This document shows positions 8,942 to 18,767 of a stretch of 26,132 nt of DNA, piece by piece; the stretch's first letter is position 1, and each line of letters starts with the position of its first letter. The notes below the pieces were generated by a model that was not told where the DNA came from, made no database searches, and saw only the letters and a program-made list of their open reading frames with translations. The translations under genes were made by a program, and so were the position numbers. This DNA is from Paramicrosporidium saccamoebae KSL3 (Eukaryota; Fungi; Cryptomycota): NCBI GenBank assembly GCA_002794465.1, contig MTSL01000075.1:22239-48370 (forward strand). Direction: 5' to 3'.

Positions 8942-10485
8942 ATGTCGGTGCAAGTTGTGCTGAATGGACAGACTTTGCATGTGGCGCCGGCAGAGTTTTC
9001 ACTAAAAGTCGAGGATAACCTTGTCGTAATAGCCGTGGGAGGGAATGCCTGCATGGTAGGGTGAGAATGAACAACCTTGACTGGTGTAGGTGCAGCCGGC
9101 TCTGATATTTACACTCCGACGGACAATGACAGATAATGAGAGTTTCGTCTTCACCATGGCGTCACACTGTTTCACTGCTCTCTCATTAAGTTATCGCGAG
9201 CGACAGGTGCACGAACAGGTCACACAATTCATGGAACAAGTGGCCAAGGTCCAGCGACAAAAGTTAAAGAGTCCCAAAAAGAAGACGCCAATGTCGATGG
9301 AGGAGGAAGATTATGAGAGGATGGGAGTTATTCACAGCGATTCAAAGTGGAGAATCAGTCGGGTAAATGACGAATTTCAAGTAAATTGTGCTCCCATACT
9401 GTCTTTCCTCTTAGATTTGCCCAACATATCCGAGATTGCTCGTGATGCCCAAGAGCGTTAGCGATTCAGTGTTGAGACATGCGGCTCGCTTCCGTTCCCG
9501 CGGACGTCTGCCTATCCTTTCTTATCTGTACTCCTCTGCGGCACTCCTTCGTAGCAGCCAGGCCCTCGTCGGTCTGCAACGCAATCGTAGTATCCAGGAC
9601 GAACATCTTTTGGCCGCCATCACCGAACTTGCTCCTCATAAAGAGTTGCTCATTGTGGATGCACGACCGACTAAGAGCGCAATGGCTAATGCAGTCACTG
9701 GAGCAGGATTCATGCCGCTGGAGCATTACGGAGAGTGTCGACGAGTGTATTTGGGGATTGAGAATATTCATGCGGTCAGGGAGGCGTATCTTGCCGTGTT
9801 TGAGGGATTGCTAGAAGGTCTGCCGTTGCGAACAGCCAAACTGGATGGAGGGTGGACGAAATTTTATGAGCGCATCATGGAGGGAGTCAAGATTATTGTT
9901 GAGCATCTAAAACTGGGACTGGCAGTGCTGGTCCATTGTAGCGATGGATGGGATCGAACGGCTCAGCAAGTATCTCTTGCCCAGATTTGTCTTGACCCAG
10001 CCACCCGTACCATTGACGGTTTCATCGCCCTCATCCAAAGAGAATGGATTTCTGCTGGCCATCAATTCGCTGCCCGTCTGGGACACACTCTCCCCCTAAA
10101 TGCGCTACGTCCCCCCACCGCTGCGCGCTCCATTTCGCGAGTCTTCTCCAACTTTACGCGCACCGGCAGCGAGGAGACGATCAAACAGCCTCAAGATGAG
10201 TATTGTCCCGTCTTTCCGCAGTTCCTTGACTGTGTGTTGCAGTTCATCAGGGTGTATCCCACGGCCTTTAACTTTGATCACAGATTGGTAGAACTCATCT
10301 GGAAGGAGGCGTACGCTTTGCAAACAGATACATTTAGATTTAATTGCGAGCAGGAAAGAATGACGGTGGAGACGCCAATGTGTTTCTGGTCCTTTTTGAA
10401 GGAGAGACGAGACGAACTAGCCAATTCTGGATACCAGCCGACTGGAGAGTTGTCCATTAACAAAGACGTCATGTTTTACTTGTAA
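8942..10485 (+). CDS. Myotubularin-family PI3P/PI(3,5)P2 phosphatase (Ymr1/MTM); exons 8942-9055, 9090-9380, 9415-10485
   Basis: ICPTYPRLLVMP, FRSRGRLPILSY, IVDARP..AMAN..GAG, IENIHAVR, active-site VLVHCSDGWDRTAQ, LIQREWISAGHQF, PVFPQFLDCV. Introns 9056-9089 and 9381-9414 (34 nt each). Confidence 0.95.
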
Positions 10486-10717
10486 TATAATCCCCCATGT
10501 GAGAGGTGATGGGAAATGTTGTCTAGTAGTAGGTAGATGAGGAAAAATTTATTCATTGCCGGTTTTTGGGCTCATATTTTTAACAAATGTCCTTTTAACC
10601 CATTCGCCCTGCTAATCCATCACTTGCCCTGCCAACTTATTACTTGCCATAATGACTACTGAATTCAAACAATGAATTAAGCAATTATCCTTTCTGCCCC
10701 CCCCCTTTTACCGGGAT

Positions 10718-10723
10718 AAAAAA
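10718..10723 (-). terminator. Pol III terminator (T6) of tRNA-Gln
   Basis: A run of six T on the minus strand begins 5 nt after the tRNA 3' end. Confidence 0.7.
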
Positions 10724-10727
10724 TAGT

Positions 10728-10798
10728 TGGTCCTACCGAGGTTCGAACTCGGGTTGTGGGATTCAAAGTCCCAAGTGCTTCCGCTACACCATAGGACC
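10728..10798 (-). tRNA. tRNA-Gln (anticodon TTG)
   Basis: Minus strand folds as GGTCCTA/TAGGACC acceptor stem, GTGT/GCAC D stem, TGGGA-CTTTGAA-TCCCA anticodon arm and CCGAG-TTCGAAC-CTCGG T arm. No intron. Confidence 0.97.
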
Positions 10799-10843
10799 AC
10801 GTCACTAGAAGTGAATTATAATTACTTGACTATGTATAATAAA

Positions 10844-12256
10844 CTATCTGTCGACCTCGCCAAACACCAAGTCGCAAGTGCCGACGATGGCAACAACATC
10901 GGCAACATAATGGCCCTTGGCCATAAGATCGATAGCGGCGAGATGGAAAAAGCCCGGGGGACGAATCTTGCACCGATAAGGGCGGTTAGAGCCATCCGAC
11001 TCGAGATAGACACCAAACTCGCCCTTGGGAGCCTCTATGGCGGTATAAGTGGAGCCGGGTGGCACATGGAAGCCCTCCGTGTAGAGTTTGAAGTGATGGA
11101 TGAGGGCCTCCATGGATTGCTTCATCTGAGCCCGGGAGGGAGGGACAATTTTGTGATCCTCCAGTCGATGAGGACCAGCGGGGAGGGTATCAATCGCCTG
11201 GGCAATGATACGCAGGGATTGACGCATCTCTTCGGTGCGTATAAGATAGCGATCATAACAGTCGCCGTTTTTTCCAATGGGCACGTCAAAGGAATAGTTT
11301 TGATAGCCGTCATAGGGCTGCGTCTTGCGGAGATCCCAGCGATAGCCAACGGAGCGCAACATGGCGCCAGAAAAGCCCCACTCAAGAGCCTGGGGAGCAG
11401 TAATGACCCCAACTCCCACGGTGCGATTGAGCCAAATACGATTGGCCGTTAACAATTCCTCCATCTCATCAATGCGGGAACTAAACTGCTGGGCCCAAAC
11501 GTAAATGTCCTGCAAAAGGCCGCGGGGTAAATCTTGGGCTACGCCTCCAGGCCGTACATAGGCGGCATGCATGCGGGCGCCTGAGACGCGTTCATAGAAT
11601 TCCATCAGCTTTTCACGCTCCTCGAACATCCATAACACTGGCGTTACTGCACCCACATCCATGGCGTGAGTGGTCAAGGCCATAATGTGGTTCAAAATGC
11701 GCGTAATCTCGCCAAATAACACGCGGATTGCTTTCCCACGCGGCGGTGACGTTACATTTAGCAACTTTTCTACAGCCAAGGAATAGCATTGTTCGTTTGT
11801 CATCATTGACACATAGTCCAATCGGTCAAAATATGGCAATGCCTGCAGATACGTTTTGTACTCAATCAGCTTTTCTGTCCCTCGATGCAGTAAGCCAATA
11901 TGTGGGTCAGCACGTTGCACCACCTCCCCATTCAGTTCCAATACTAAGCGAAGGACCCCGTGGGCTGCGGGATGCTGCGGTCCAAAGTTGATGGAAAAAT
12001 TGCGGATAGCGATGGGTGATGGCGTGGATTGGTCGACGCGGTCCGTGTCATCGGGCATGAGGTCTTCCTCTGTAATAGTGGTGCGTTGATACGCGGGACG
12101 GCGTTCCATGGGAGGCAAGTCTGCAGGATTCCGAATATGGAACTCGTCATTTTCAAGTCTCTTATCAGTGTTGCTATTTGCAAACCTCTTGCTCTCGTCA
12201 GTGTAAAGTCTATATGGCCTCCCGACCCGTCGCAAAAGTTGCTTTATAAGAAACAT
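10844..12256 (-). CDS. NDUFS2: NADH:ubiquinone oxidoreductase 49-kDa subunit (NDUFS2/Nad7/NuoD), nuclear-encoded with presequence
   Basis: [65 protein letters not shown]. Basic N-terminal extension; intronless. Confidence 0.98.
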   Translation of the reverse strand: MFLIKQLLRRVGRPYRLYTDESKRFANSNTDKRLENDEFHIRNPADLPPMERRPAYQRTTITEEDLMPDDTDRVDQSTPSPIAIRNFSINFGPQHPAAHGVLRLVLELNGEVVQRADPHIGLLHRGTEKLIEYKTYLQALPYFDRLDYVSMMTNEQCYSLAVEKLLNVTSPPRGKAIRVLFGEITRILNHIMALTTHAMDVGAVTPVLWMFEEREKLMEFYERVSGARMHAAYVRPGGVAQDLPRGLLQDIYVWAQQFSSRIDEMEELLTANRIWLNRTVGVGVITAPQALEWGFSGAMLRSVGYRWDLRKTQPYDGYQNYSFDVPIGKNGDCYDRYLIRTEEMRQSLRIIAQAIDTLPAGPHRLEDHKIVPPSRAQMKQSMEALIHHFKLYTEGFHVPPGSTYTAIEAPKGEFGVYLESDGSNRPYRCKIRPPGFFHLAAIDLMAKGHYVADVVAIVGTCDLVFGEVDR

Positions 12257-12364
12257 TCAGTGCAACTCCGCCAGGGCCGCAGTTATTGAACGTGGAATTT
12301 TAGTAAAGGAGTGTCAAGAACCCAACCCAATTCAAACATCTGAAATTGTTCCGCTGGTTTATTA

Positions 12365-14089
12365 CTAACTCGGCACAAAGGCCAATCTATCGCGGATTAT
12401 CCTTACCCCGGAAAGGTCATAATCATGCTTTGAAATCCAAAAATCATTCATGCAGTCCAGCTTGGACATGACCGCGCCCCCTTTCCAGGTGACCACACCC
12501 GCATCCATCACGAGACTTTCTTTGGTGGGCTGGCCAGCGGCTCCGCCCAGCACAAACTCCACATCGTTTCCGGGATATCGCTCACGGAGCATCGTCCCGA
12601 GGTGTGCAACAAAATGGGGGAATTTGTGTCCATTCCCAATCACAAGCACCGAACCAAGAAACTTTTTCAACCGATCTGGGTTTGTAGCGCCGTCCAGAGA
12701 ATCGAGTGCCTTTTTGATGGCTTCGGTAAGTGACAATACTGCCAGAGGTTGCAGTTCTACAAGGACAGCGTCGTTTTCATATGTATCACTCATAATAATC
12801 TCAGAGGCCGGCTCAGATGGTGTCGTCTCGGCGGCCTCGCTGTCGCCATTGGCACCGTTGGCATAGTAAATTGGATCATTCTCACCAGCATAAAAAGAGG
12901 GATTTTCAGTCGTGTCAACAAAGTGTGACAAGAGGGAATTTTCGCTTTCAAACAATGCCGACGGGATGATGATGCGTTCCTCATACACCTTGAAGGGGAA
13001 CACTTTGGTCGACTGTCCCGGATTCCTCACATACACCTCATAGACCTGGGAGGTAATGTCGTCTTCATCCATGGTACACATTCTCACTTTCAAGTCGTCA
13101 ATCATTTCAAAATCAAGACTCTTTCTCAAGTCACAGTCGGTGTAGGGGAAATGGTGGATTTTCAAGACGGACAAGAGCAATCTGGACAGTTCGTCCCCAC
13201 CATATGGCAAAATTGATTTAGAAGCGGGCAAACTCTGGCCATCCTCAATGCAAACCACATTGCTAGTCTGAGCTCCAATGTCAATGACCAAGGCGGAGGA
13301 TATCCCCGAACCAAACGTCCCTGCCACACTTTCAAGGATGAATCCCACCGACCGGAAACCCATCTCCCTCACCACCAAATCAATCAACGCGCGAATCTCA
13401 AAAGCCATCACACCATCTGGCACGACCAGCATCATTCCATATTTACCAAAGTCTCGTCGGGCAATCTTTAAATCATCCATGATGGCTCGGGACCATATCC
13501 GATCCATGTCGTCAGTAACCTCTTTGCTACTCCTATACTGTTGTCGGTTAAAGTTTCCCCTTCGAATGGGCCATCGTCTGACATATTCCTCTTCGGGATT
13601 GATCCTCAATGCCGCCATTCCCGTTACAAATTTTGCACCGCCCGTCTTTGTCCATTCAAAGCCATATGCGTCGTTTAGGGCCGGGATCCTTTGCTCCACT
13701 GCCGTCTTGTTATGCGCAATGATGCTGCTGTAGATATTAGGGGGAGGCTTCTTTTTGGCACACCTGTAGCGTGCGTTCAGACGTTCTTGAAGTTCCTCTT
13801 CGCTAATATCGACGTCTACATGGTGCTCGGGTGTCAGCGTCCCACGGTGGGCAATGACATGTGGAATTGTGCGAGGAAGGGCGTCACGAGAGAGACCGAC
13901 TTTGCAGTAGCGTGAACCGTACTGAAGTACTATAGTGTCCGCCGGGTCAGGAATGTCTCCAGCAGGACGATGGGTCAGATAACTGGTGTCAGATTGCTGG
14001 TACGCAGACTGAACATTACGGTTGGTGATATTCAGAGAGGCCAAATGCGAGACGGTGCTATTCTTTGGCTCCACAACGGCCGGTGCCAT
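12365..14089 (-). CDS. ARP8: Actin-related protein 8 (INO80 complex)
   Basis: IVLQYGSRYCKVGLSRDALPRTIPHVIA, RWPIRRGNFN, ESVAGTFGSGISSALVIDIGAQTSNVVCIEDG, YGGDEL, WKGGAVMSKL...WISKHDY. Confidence 0.9.
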   Translation of the reverse strand: MAPAVVEPKNSTVSHLASLNITNRNVQSAYQQSDTSYLTHRPAGDIPDPADTIVLQYGSRYCKVGLSRDALPRTIPHVIAHRGTLTPEHHVDVDISEEELQERLNARYRCAKKKPPPNIYSSIIAHNKTAVEQRIPALNDAYGFEWTKTGGAKFVTGMAALRINPEEEYVRRWPIRRGNFNRQQYRSSKEVTDDMDRIWSRAIMDDLKIARRDFGKYGMMLVVPDGVMAFEIRALIDLVVREMGFRSVGFILESVAGTFGSGISSALVIDIGAQTSNVVCIEDGQSLPASKSILPYGGDELSRLLLSVLKIHHFPYTDCDLRKSLDFEMIDDLKVRMCTMDEDDITSQVYEVYVRNPGQSTKVFPFKVYEERIIIPSALFESENSLLSHFVDTTENPSFYAGENDPIYYANGANGDSEAAETTPSEPASEIIMSDTYENDAVLVELQPLAVLSLTEAIKKALDSLDGATNPDRLKKFLGSVLVIGNGHKFPHFVAHLGTMLRERYPGNDVEFVLGGAAGQPTKESLVMDAGVVTWKGGAVMSKLDCMNDFWISKHDYDLSGVRIIRDRLAFVPS

Positions 14090-14174
14090 CAGAGAAACGA
14101 ATATTTAAATTTGCATTTCCCAAATAACGCGAGTTGTGCGATTACTTGTGTATGAATATGATGCAGCTGTGGAT

Positions 14175-14321
14175 GTGTGAGGTCATAAAGGGTCGGTGTG
14201 AGATTGTAAAGGGTCGGTGTGAGATTGTAAAGGGTTGGTGTGAAATCATAAAGGGTCGGTGTGAGGATGTAAAAGGCCGGCGGGAGGTTGTATAAATTTG
14301 GTGTGAGGTTGTGTATGAATA
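14175..14321. repeat. 21-bp minisatellite, ~7 units (GTGTGAGATTGTAAAGGGTCG), in the ARP8 / SET-gene divergent intergenic region
   Basis: Units start at 14175, 14196, 14217, 14238, 14259, 14280 and 14301. A 13-bp direct repeat TTGTGTATGAATA occurs at 14146-14158 and 14309-14321. Confidence 0.92.
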
Positions 14322-14474
14322 CGCAAAGAGACCTATCATCTTTTGTGGCTGATCTGTTGCTATCATATCGATGTAATTTATTACAGCAGTTGTGATCATA
14401 GTTTTATTATAGTGAACCATCTTTCTCAACACACACAAGCCGCTATAATAAACGAATATTCAAATTTTGCGTTC

Positions 14475-16286
14475 ATGACGGGATCCCATCTGGAGACTCC
14501 TAGTCCAATCATTGCTGGCGTTTTCACAGAAAAGTATGTGCGGAGGGAGCATTGCAGGATGTGCGGTGCTTTTGAAGTAAGGGGTAAATATGCTCCGTGG
14601 GTATTCTGTAATAATTGTGGTGAATCCTACCATCAGTCCTGCGCACCGAACGCTCCAGACCCCGAACATCCTATCCGCGGCTGGCTGCCTCCCGGATACC
14701 ACGCACGGTGGAATTGGCAGTGCCCAGATTGCCGTTCCTGCTCCACATGCAGTTCTGAAGGTGCAGAGGTGCTTGTATGTCAAGACTGCAACAAGTCATG
14801 CTGTTCCACATGTGACACTGGAATGGATATTAATTTATGCTTCTACTACCAGTGCCTCGACTGTCGGCAACAAAGGCCGCGGAAGTGTCTTGGATGCGAT
14901 AAGGAAATTTCGGGTAGCATACGTCTCAAGCTCTTCTGTCCCACCTGCAGTCAACATTCTGCATGTCCACGATGCAAAGTGCGTTTCTCAGATGACGATT
15001 ACACGCAAGAAATGGTTTCCTGTGAAAACTGCAGCAATTGGACCCATTACTCCTGCACTGGATTCACCGAAGCGCAATGCGCAGCTCTTGGTGATCCAGA
15101 GGTAAAGTTTTATTGCTGTCGTTGTGAGGCTAGTCAGGGCTTTCAACATGATGGGACCTGTGGACTGCCTGCTCAATGTTCGGGCTGCGCCGATGGAGTT
15201 GCGGAAAGCTTTTTGCTTCCCACCCAATTGCACGTAGATTTGAATGTTTTATTGCCGACAGCGTTTAGCCATCAAAAATGTTTCAACCGCAAGGGTAATG
15301 TATCGATGCTCCAGACACCGGTTATGTGGTACCGGCACGGATCGCTGTCCATATTGATCCCGATGATACTAAATGACCGCGAAATGCATATTGTCTTTGT
15401 CGGCTGGCATCCACGGAAGCACCGCCAGCGAACACGATTTTTATTCCGGATTTCATTCAATAACAAGTGGAATATTGAAAGCGTCCAAGGCACCCTTGAT
15501 GGGATGTCAACCACCGCCAAGACTATCTCTGCTACGTATAGAATGCTAGCCAGATCAAATCCTGTGGATTTCAAGAGAATCTTTCAGATCTTTAATGCAT
15601 TTAGGGAAAGGCTAAAGTCGTTCTACCAGGCCCCTCCTGCGGTCCATCCTATCAAAGAAAAGCCTTTGCCGTTGCAAGGACCCCCTCTACCGCCATCAAG
15701 CGAATTGCCGACTAAATATGACAGTATTCGTCTGAAAGAGTATGTGAGGAAATGGAAGAAGCCCATAGTTATAGAGTTGAAAAGGTCTCTTGCTGAGCAA
15801 CAAGTATTTGACAAGGTTGCTGCTGTTAATAATCGAAACAACCTTCAGCTGCACCCTCATCGTCATCTCCACGTTAGACGTTCACACATTGCGGGATTTG
15901 GTCTCTTTACTTCTCAGGCCATCACTGCGGGAACCAAGATTTTTGAATACTGCGGCGAGCTGATCGGTCAACTGGTTGCTGATCGGCGCGAATTACTATA
16001 TGGTTTGCTACCACTTCGACGCCACGATTGCTATCTGTTCCGCCTCTCAGATGACCGCATCATTGATGCCACTCTCCGTGCCAACGCGGCACGGTTTATC
16101 AATCATTCATGTGCCCCCAATTGCGAGTCCAAGGTAATATGCAGTAGTCGGATTGTCATAGTGGCACTGCGAGATATTTCAATGGGAGAGGAGCTCTCCT
16201 ACGATTACAAGCTTAGTAGTGAGGGAGTGGAGGATGTTGCACCCTGTTATTGTGGAGCCCTTGAGTGCAGAAAGTTTATGAATTAA
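14475..16286 (+). CDS. Compact trithorax/MLL (KMT2)-like histone H3K4 methyltransferase: 3 PHD fingers + FYR-like region + SET/post-SET, 603 aa
   Basis: PHDs CRMC..CNNCGESYHQSC..WQCPDC, CSTC..CQDC..CSTC..CLDC and CPRC..FSDDDYTQEMVSCENCSNWTHYSC..YCCRC. SET RSHIAGFGLF, FEYCGELI, CYLFRL..IDAT..NAARFINHSCAPNC, GEELSYDY. Post-SET CYCGALECRKFMN. First ATG in frame is 14475. Confidence 0.9.
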   Translation: MTGSHLETPSPIIAGVFTEKYVRREHCRMCGAFEVRGKYAPWVFCNNCGESYHQSCAPNAPDPEHPIRGWLPPGYHARWNWQCPDCRSCSTCSSEGAEVLVCQDCNKSCCSTCDTGMDINLCFYYQCLDCRQQRPRKCLGCDKEISGSIRLKLFCPTCSQHSACPRCKVRFSDDDYTQEMVSCENCSNWTHYSCTGFTEAQCAALGDPEVKFYCCRCEASQGFQHDGTCGLPAQCSGCADGVAESFLLPTQLHVDLNVLLPTAFSHQKCFNRKGNVSMLQTPVMWYRHGSLSILIPMILNDREMHIVFVGWHPRKHRQRTRFLFRISFNNKWNIESVQGTLDGMSTTAKTISATYRMLARSNPVDFKRIFQIFNAFRERLKSFYQAPPAVHPIKEKPLPLQGPPLPPSSELPTKYDSIRLKEYVRKWKKPIVIELKRSLAEQQVFDKVAAVNNRNNLQLHPHRHLHVRRSHIAGFGLFTSQAITAGTKIFEYCGELIGQLVADRRELLYGLLPLRRHDCYLFRLSDDRIIDATLRANAARFINHSCAPNCESKVICSSRIVIVALRDISMGEELSYDYKLSSEGVEDVAPCYCGALECRKFMN

Positions 16287-16370
16287 GTTGGCAGAGCAAA
16301 TGTGTATTGACATGGGAGGCCAGACACTCCGAAGTGACATGGAGGTTGGCCCGGCCGGGGTAACGGGAAA

Positions 16371-17513
16371 ATGACCTTTGACTTGGCTCGCCTACTGGAC
16401 ACTCGTCCCGCCAGTTCCAGCGACAGCGAAGGTCCTCATGATTATGATCCTGAAGATGCTGACTTTGGGAACACAGCGGACCGCACTCGGGCCGGCTCCA
16501 AGCGCGTCCTCGAGGATTCGCGTTCTCACTACCGCGACGCTCTGCCCAGGACAAAGCATCTTGCCCTACCCATCGACGACTCCTCCTTCTTGGATGGTCG
16601 TTACGCAGGAGCCAAGACTACTCGCTCCAACTTGGGTCTTGATCCTACTACCACGCAAACAGGGGAAGAGTCATTTTCAGAGGAAGAGGAGCGCTTTGAC
16701 TATGAGGCGCCCGAGGTACGATTACGAGAACAGTTAAAGGCATATCGGGAGGCGGAGGAGATGCAACTGGAGATGGTGGCAAAGAGAGCGACCGACGATG
16801 TGGAGCGGGGCCGACACGTCAGACAGCAGCTGGAAAAGTGGCAGTCTGCGCTGGATCTGAGAGTAAGACTTCAGCCCCTCCTCACTATGACAAATAAACT
16901 CCCCGCCCCACCACAGCTGCACGCTTTAAAAGAACACTTGAGTTCTGAGATGGGACAAACAGAAAAGGATTTATCCCTTTTGACCGACACGTTGACTGCT
17001 CAGCTTACTGACGGCACTGACAGCGGCGAAGTGCAATTGGCTCGTCTCGATAAGGAAATGTCCCCCATTTGGCAACTCTCCTTGGACAAATGGAATCAGA
17101 AAATGGCACTTTCGACCGGAGGCAGCTCAAAGCGACAGCTAAAGGTGATCAACGCCTCCCTCTGGTCGCAGGTGGAGGCGGCGATGCGAGATCGCTCTCG
17201 ACTAGTCCGCCGCGCTACCACAAGACGCGGAGAGATGCCTCTTTTTGGCCCGGATGCGCCGGTTTTTGACGACAGCGATTTCTTTGCAACGCTCGTCCGG
17301 ACGTGGGTCGGAGAGGAGGCCAGTACGGCTGGATTGGTGGTGAAGAGGGTAAAGACTGGAAAAATGGTTGACACACGGGCCAGTAAAGGAAGAAAGATGC
17401 GATATGATGTCCATGATAAACTCGTCAACTATATGGTGCCAGTGGCCGATCCTACTCTGTGGGGCGATGCCAAAATTGATGCATTCTTTGCCTCTGTCTT
17501 TCCTGAACAATAA
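16371..17513 (+). CDS. BFR2: BFR2/AATF small-subunit processome protein
   Basis: DVERGRHVRQQLEKWQSALDLRVRLQPLL (AATF domain), WNQK, VFDDSDFFATL, and TRAUB-type VDTRASKGRKMRYDVHDKLVNYMVP. Confidence 0.93.
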   Translation: MTFDLARLLDTRPASSSDSEGPHDYDPEDADFGNTADRTRAGSKRVLEDSRSHYRDALPRTKHLALPIDDSSFLDGRYAGAKTTRSNLGLDPTTTQTGEESFSEEEERFDYEAPEVRLREQLKAYREAEEMQLEMVAKRATDDVERGRHVRQQLEKWQSALDLRVRLQPLLTMTNKLPAPPQLHALKEHLSSEMGQTEKDLSLLTDTLTAQLTDGTDSGEVQLARLDKEMSPIWQLSLDKWNQKMALSTGGSSKRQLKVINASLWSQVEAAMRDRSRLVRRATTRRGEMPLFGPDAPVFDDSDFFATLVRTWVGEEASTAGLVVKRVKTGKMVDTRASKGRKMRYDVHDKLVNYMVPVADPTLWGDAKIDAFFASVFPEQ

Positions 17514-17574
17514 ACTGTACTCTATTAGTGCCATTATTAGTCAATATCCGTTGTTCATGGAGGCGAGAAACGGA

Positions 17575-17684
17575 GAGATTGACACTCCAAACATGTTTTA
17601 ACATATCGATAAAGTACGTGGACGTGCTCTTGTCGCGTAACAGGGATAATACCATTTACTTTGACAAGCGTATTGACAGGCGTA
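17575..17684 (+). other. Conserved non-coding element, copy C
   Basis: 17632-17670 matches the reverse complement of 22574-22612 at 30/39 nt without gaps. It carries an internal 12-bp tandem TTGACARGCGTA x2 at 17661-17684. Confidence 0.7.
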
Positions 17685-17820
17685 TGAAAACATGTCCATT
17701 ATCGCTTGGTGTTTACAGTCTTATAAATACGATACGACGGGTAGACACGTCGTGTTTTGCAGCTATCGCGACTCTTAGCTAGACAATCTAATGTGTTTAA
17801 ATACTGATCACTAACCTCTA

Positions 17821-18696
17821 TTAATTTATTGGTTTGCGTAGCTTGGATTGCACCCAAATGCGGTACATTGTCAGTTTCCGATGACGATTGACTAATAATC
17901 TCCTGTCTGTGACATTACTGACCATCTCAAAGCCCGTCTGGGCAGCCAAGACGACCATCTCCTCTTCGGTGAAATAGTGCACCGCAGTGCCATCGCCCCG
18001 TACATACAAATCGGGTCGGATGAGTCGGTTGGCTTTAAACCGGAGCTGCGTCATATCGTACTTTCCATAGTCCCGGAACAACAACATGCCGCCTGGCTTG
18101 AGCACCCGCCAGATCTTTTCCAGAGCAATAGGCAGTTTGGCCGGATCCAATGCCGACAGCACGAAAATGGAAACGACCACGTCGATCGAGTTGTCGGAAA
18201 TATCCTCAAATTGATCTGGAGATGACAGATCATGTTGGAAGACGTGCATCCTCTGTTCGTCAAACTCTCTAAATTCCCTTACGAGCTTTACGGCTGATGG
18301 CGCAAAATCACAGGCATGGATCATGACTGTCGGATTCTCCCTCGCCAGCGGAAAGACAGTGTTCCCGGCTCCACAACCCACCTCCAATACAGTGTCCGCC
18401 ACAAACAGTTCAGGAAACTCGCTGGAGAGCCATTTTCGGTCTTTGAAGAACCACCGTGAGTGGTTTTCATAGAATTTGTGCCAGTTTTGGGAGGCCGGCG
18501 TCTGCACTACCTCCAAGACGGCATCGGGGTTGGCGAGATGTGGGGAGACGGCAAGTTGTGCAGATATCACTGCATCAGCCGAGGAGGCCAACTCTGGTGA
18601 CCAGGCAACATCATCCCACGAGTTGTGTGTCCAGACCTCAGAGTCTTCTTCTAATTTTCTATTCCTAGTGGTCATAGGCCCAACAGGGGTAAGCAT
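17821..18696 (-). CDS. METTL2: tRNA m3C32 methyltransferase, METTL2/Trm140 family
   Basis: HNSWDDVAW, NWHKFY..FFKDRKWLSSEFPEL, VLEVGCGAGNTVFPL, ACDFAPSAV, IFVLSA, LKPGGMLLFRDYGKYDMTQLRF, YVRGDGT..HYF, NRHRKLTMYRIWVQ. Confidence 0.93.
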   Translation of the reverse strand: MLTPVGPMTTRNRKLEEDSEVWTHNSWDDVAWSPELASSADAVISAQLAVSPHLANPDAVLEVVQTPASQNWHKFYENHSRWFFKDRKWLSSEFPELFVADTVLEVGCGAGNTVFPLARENPTVMIHACDFAPSAVKLVREFREFDEQRMHVFQHDLSSPDQFEDISDNSIDVVVSIFVLSALDPAKLPIALEKIWRVLKPGGMLLFRDYGKYDMTQLRFKANRLIRPDLYVRGDGTAVHYFTEEEMVVLAAQTGFEMVSNVTDRRLLVNRHRKLTMYRIWVQSKLRKPIN

Positions 18697-18726
18697 CTAA
18701 ATTTATTAACATGGGGTCTAAATCAT

Positions 18727-18765
18727 CTCTGGCCATGAACAACTCTGGCCATAAACAACTCTGGA
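18727..18765. repeat. 16-bp tandem repeat CTCTGGCCATRAACAA x2.4
   Basis: Units at 18727-18742 and 18743-18758, with a partial unit at 18759-18765. Confidence 0.8.
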
Positions 18766-18767
18766 AA

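Noticed and set aside
10727-11452. 241-aa plus-strand ORF
   Set aside because: Antisense shadow of NDUFS2 and tRNA-Gln, with a TTG start and no motifs.
14116-14135. Possible fourth copy of the conserved element (TTCCCAAATAACGCGAG) upstream of ARP8
   Set aside because: Needs a 1-nt gap, matches only the short core and lacks the ATTGA box; could be an ordinary MCB/E2F-like site.
14175-14321. CRISPR-like array
   Set aside because: Contiguous 21-bp units with no unique spacers, eukaryotic context and no cas genes.
14142-14438. 98-aa minus-strand ORF with SHRPFTI repeats
   Set aside because: Reverse-frame reading of the minisatellite. Unit differences are less conservative than in the plus frame.
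14343-14474. N-terminal extension of the SET-gene ORF
   Set aside because: Starts at TTG in AT-rich promoter-like sequence; the first ATG is at 14475.
15487-15510. Possible Taspase1 site (QGTLDGMST) in the Trx-like protein
   Set aside because: Lacks the required Q at P3 and the downstream acidic DD of the Q[FILV]D/GxDD consensus.
17636-17650. Resemblance to the I-SceI homing endonuclease site (TAACAGGGATAAT)
   Set aside because: Partial and rearranged match with no intron or endonuclease context; better explained as part of element C.
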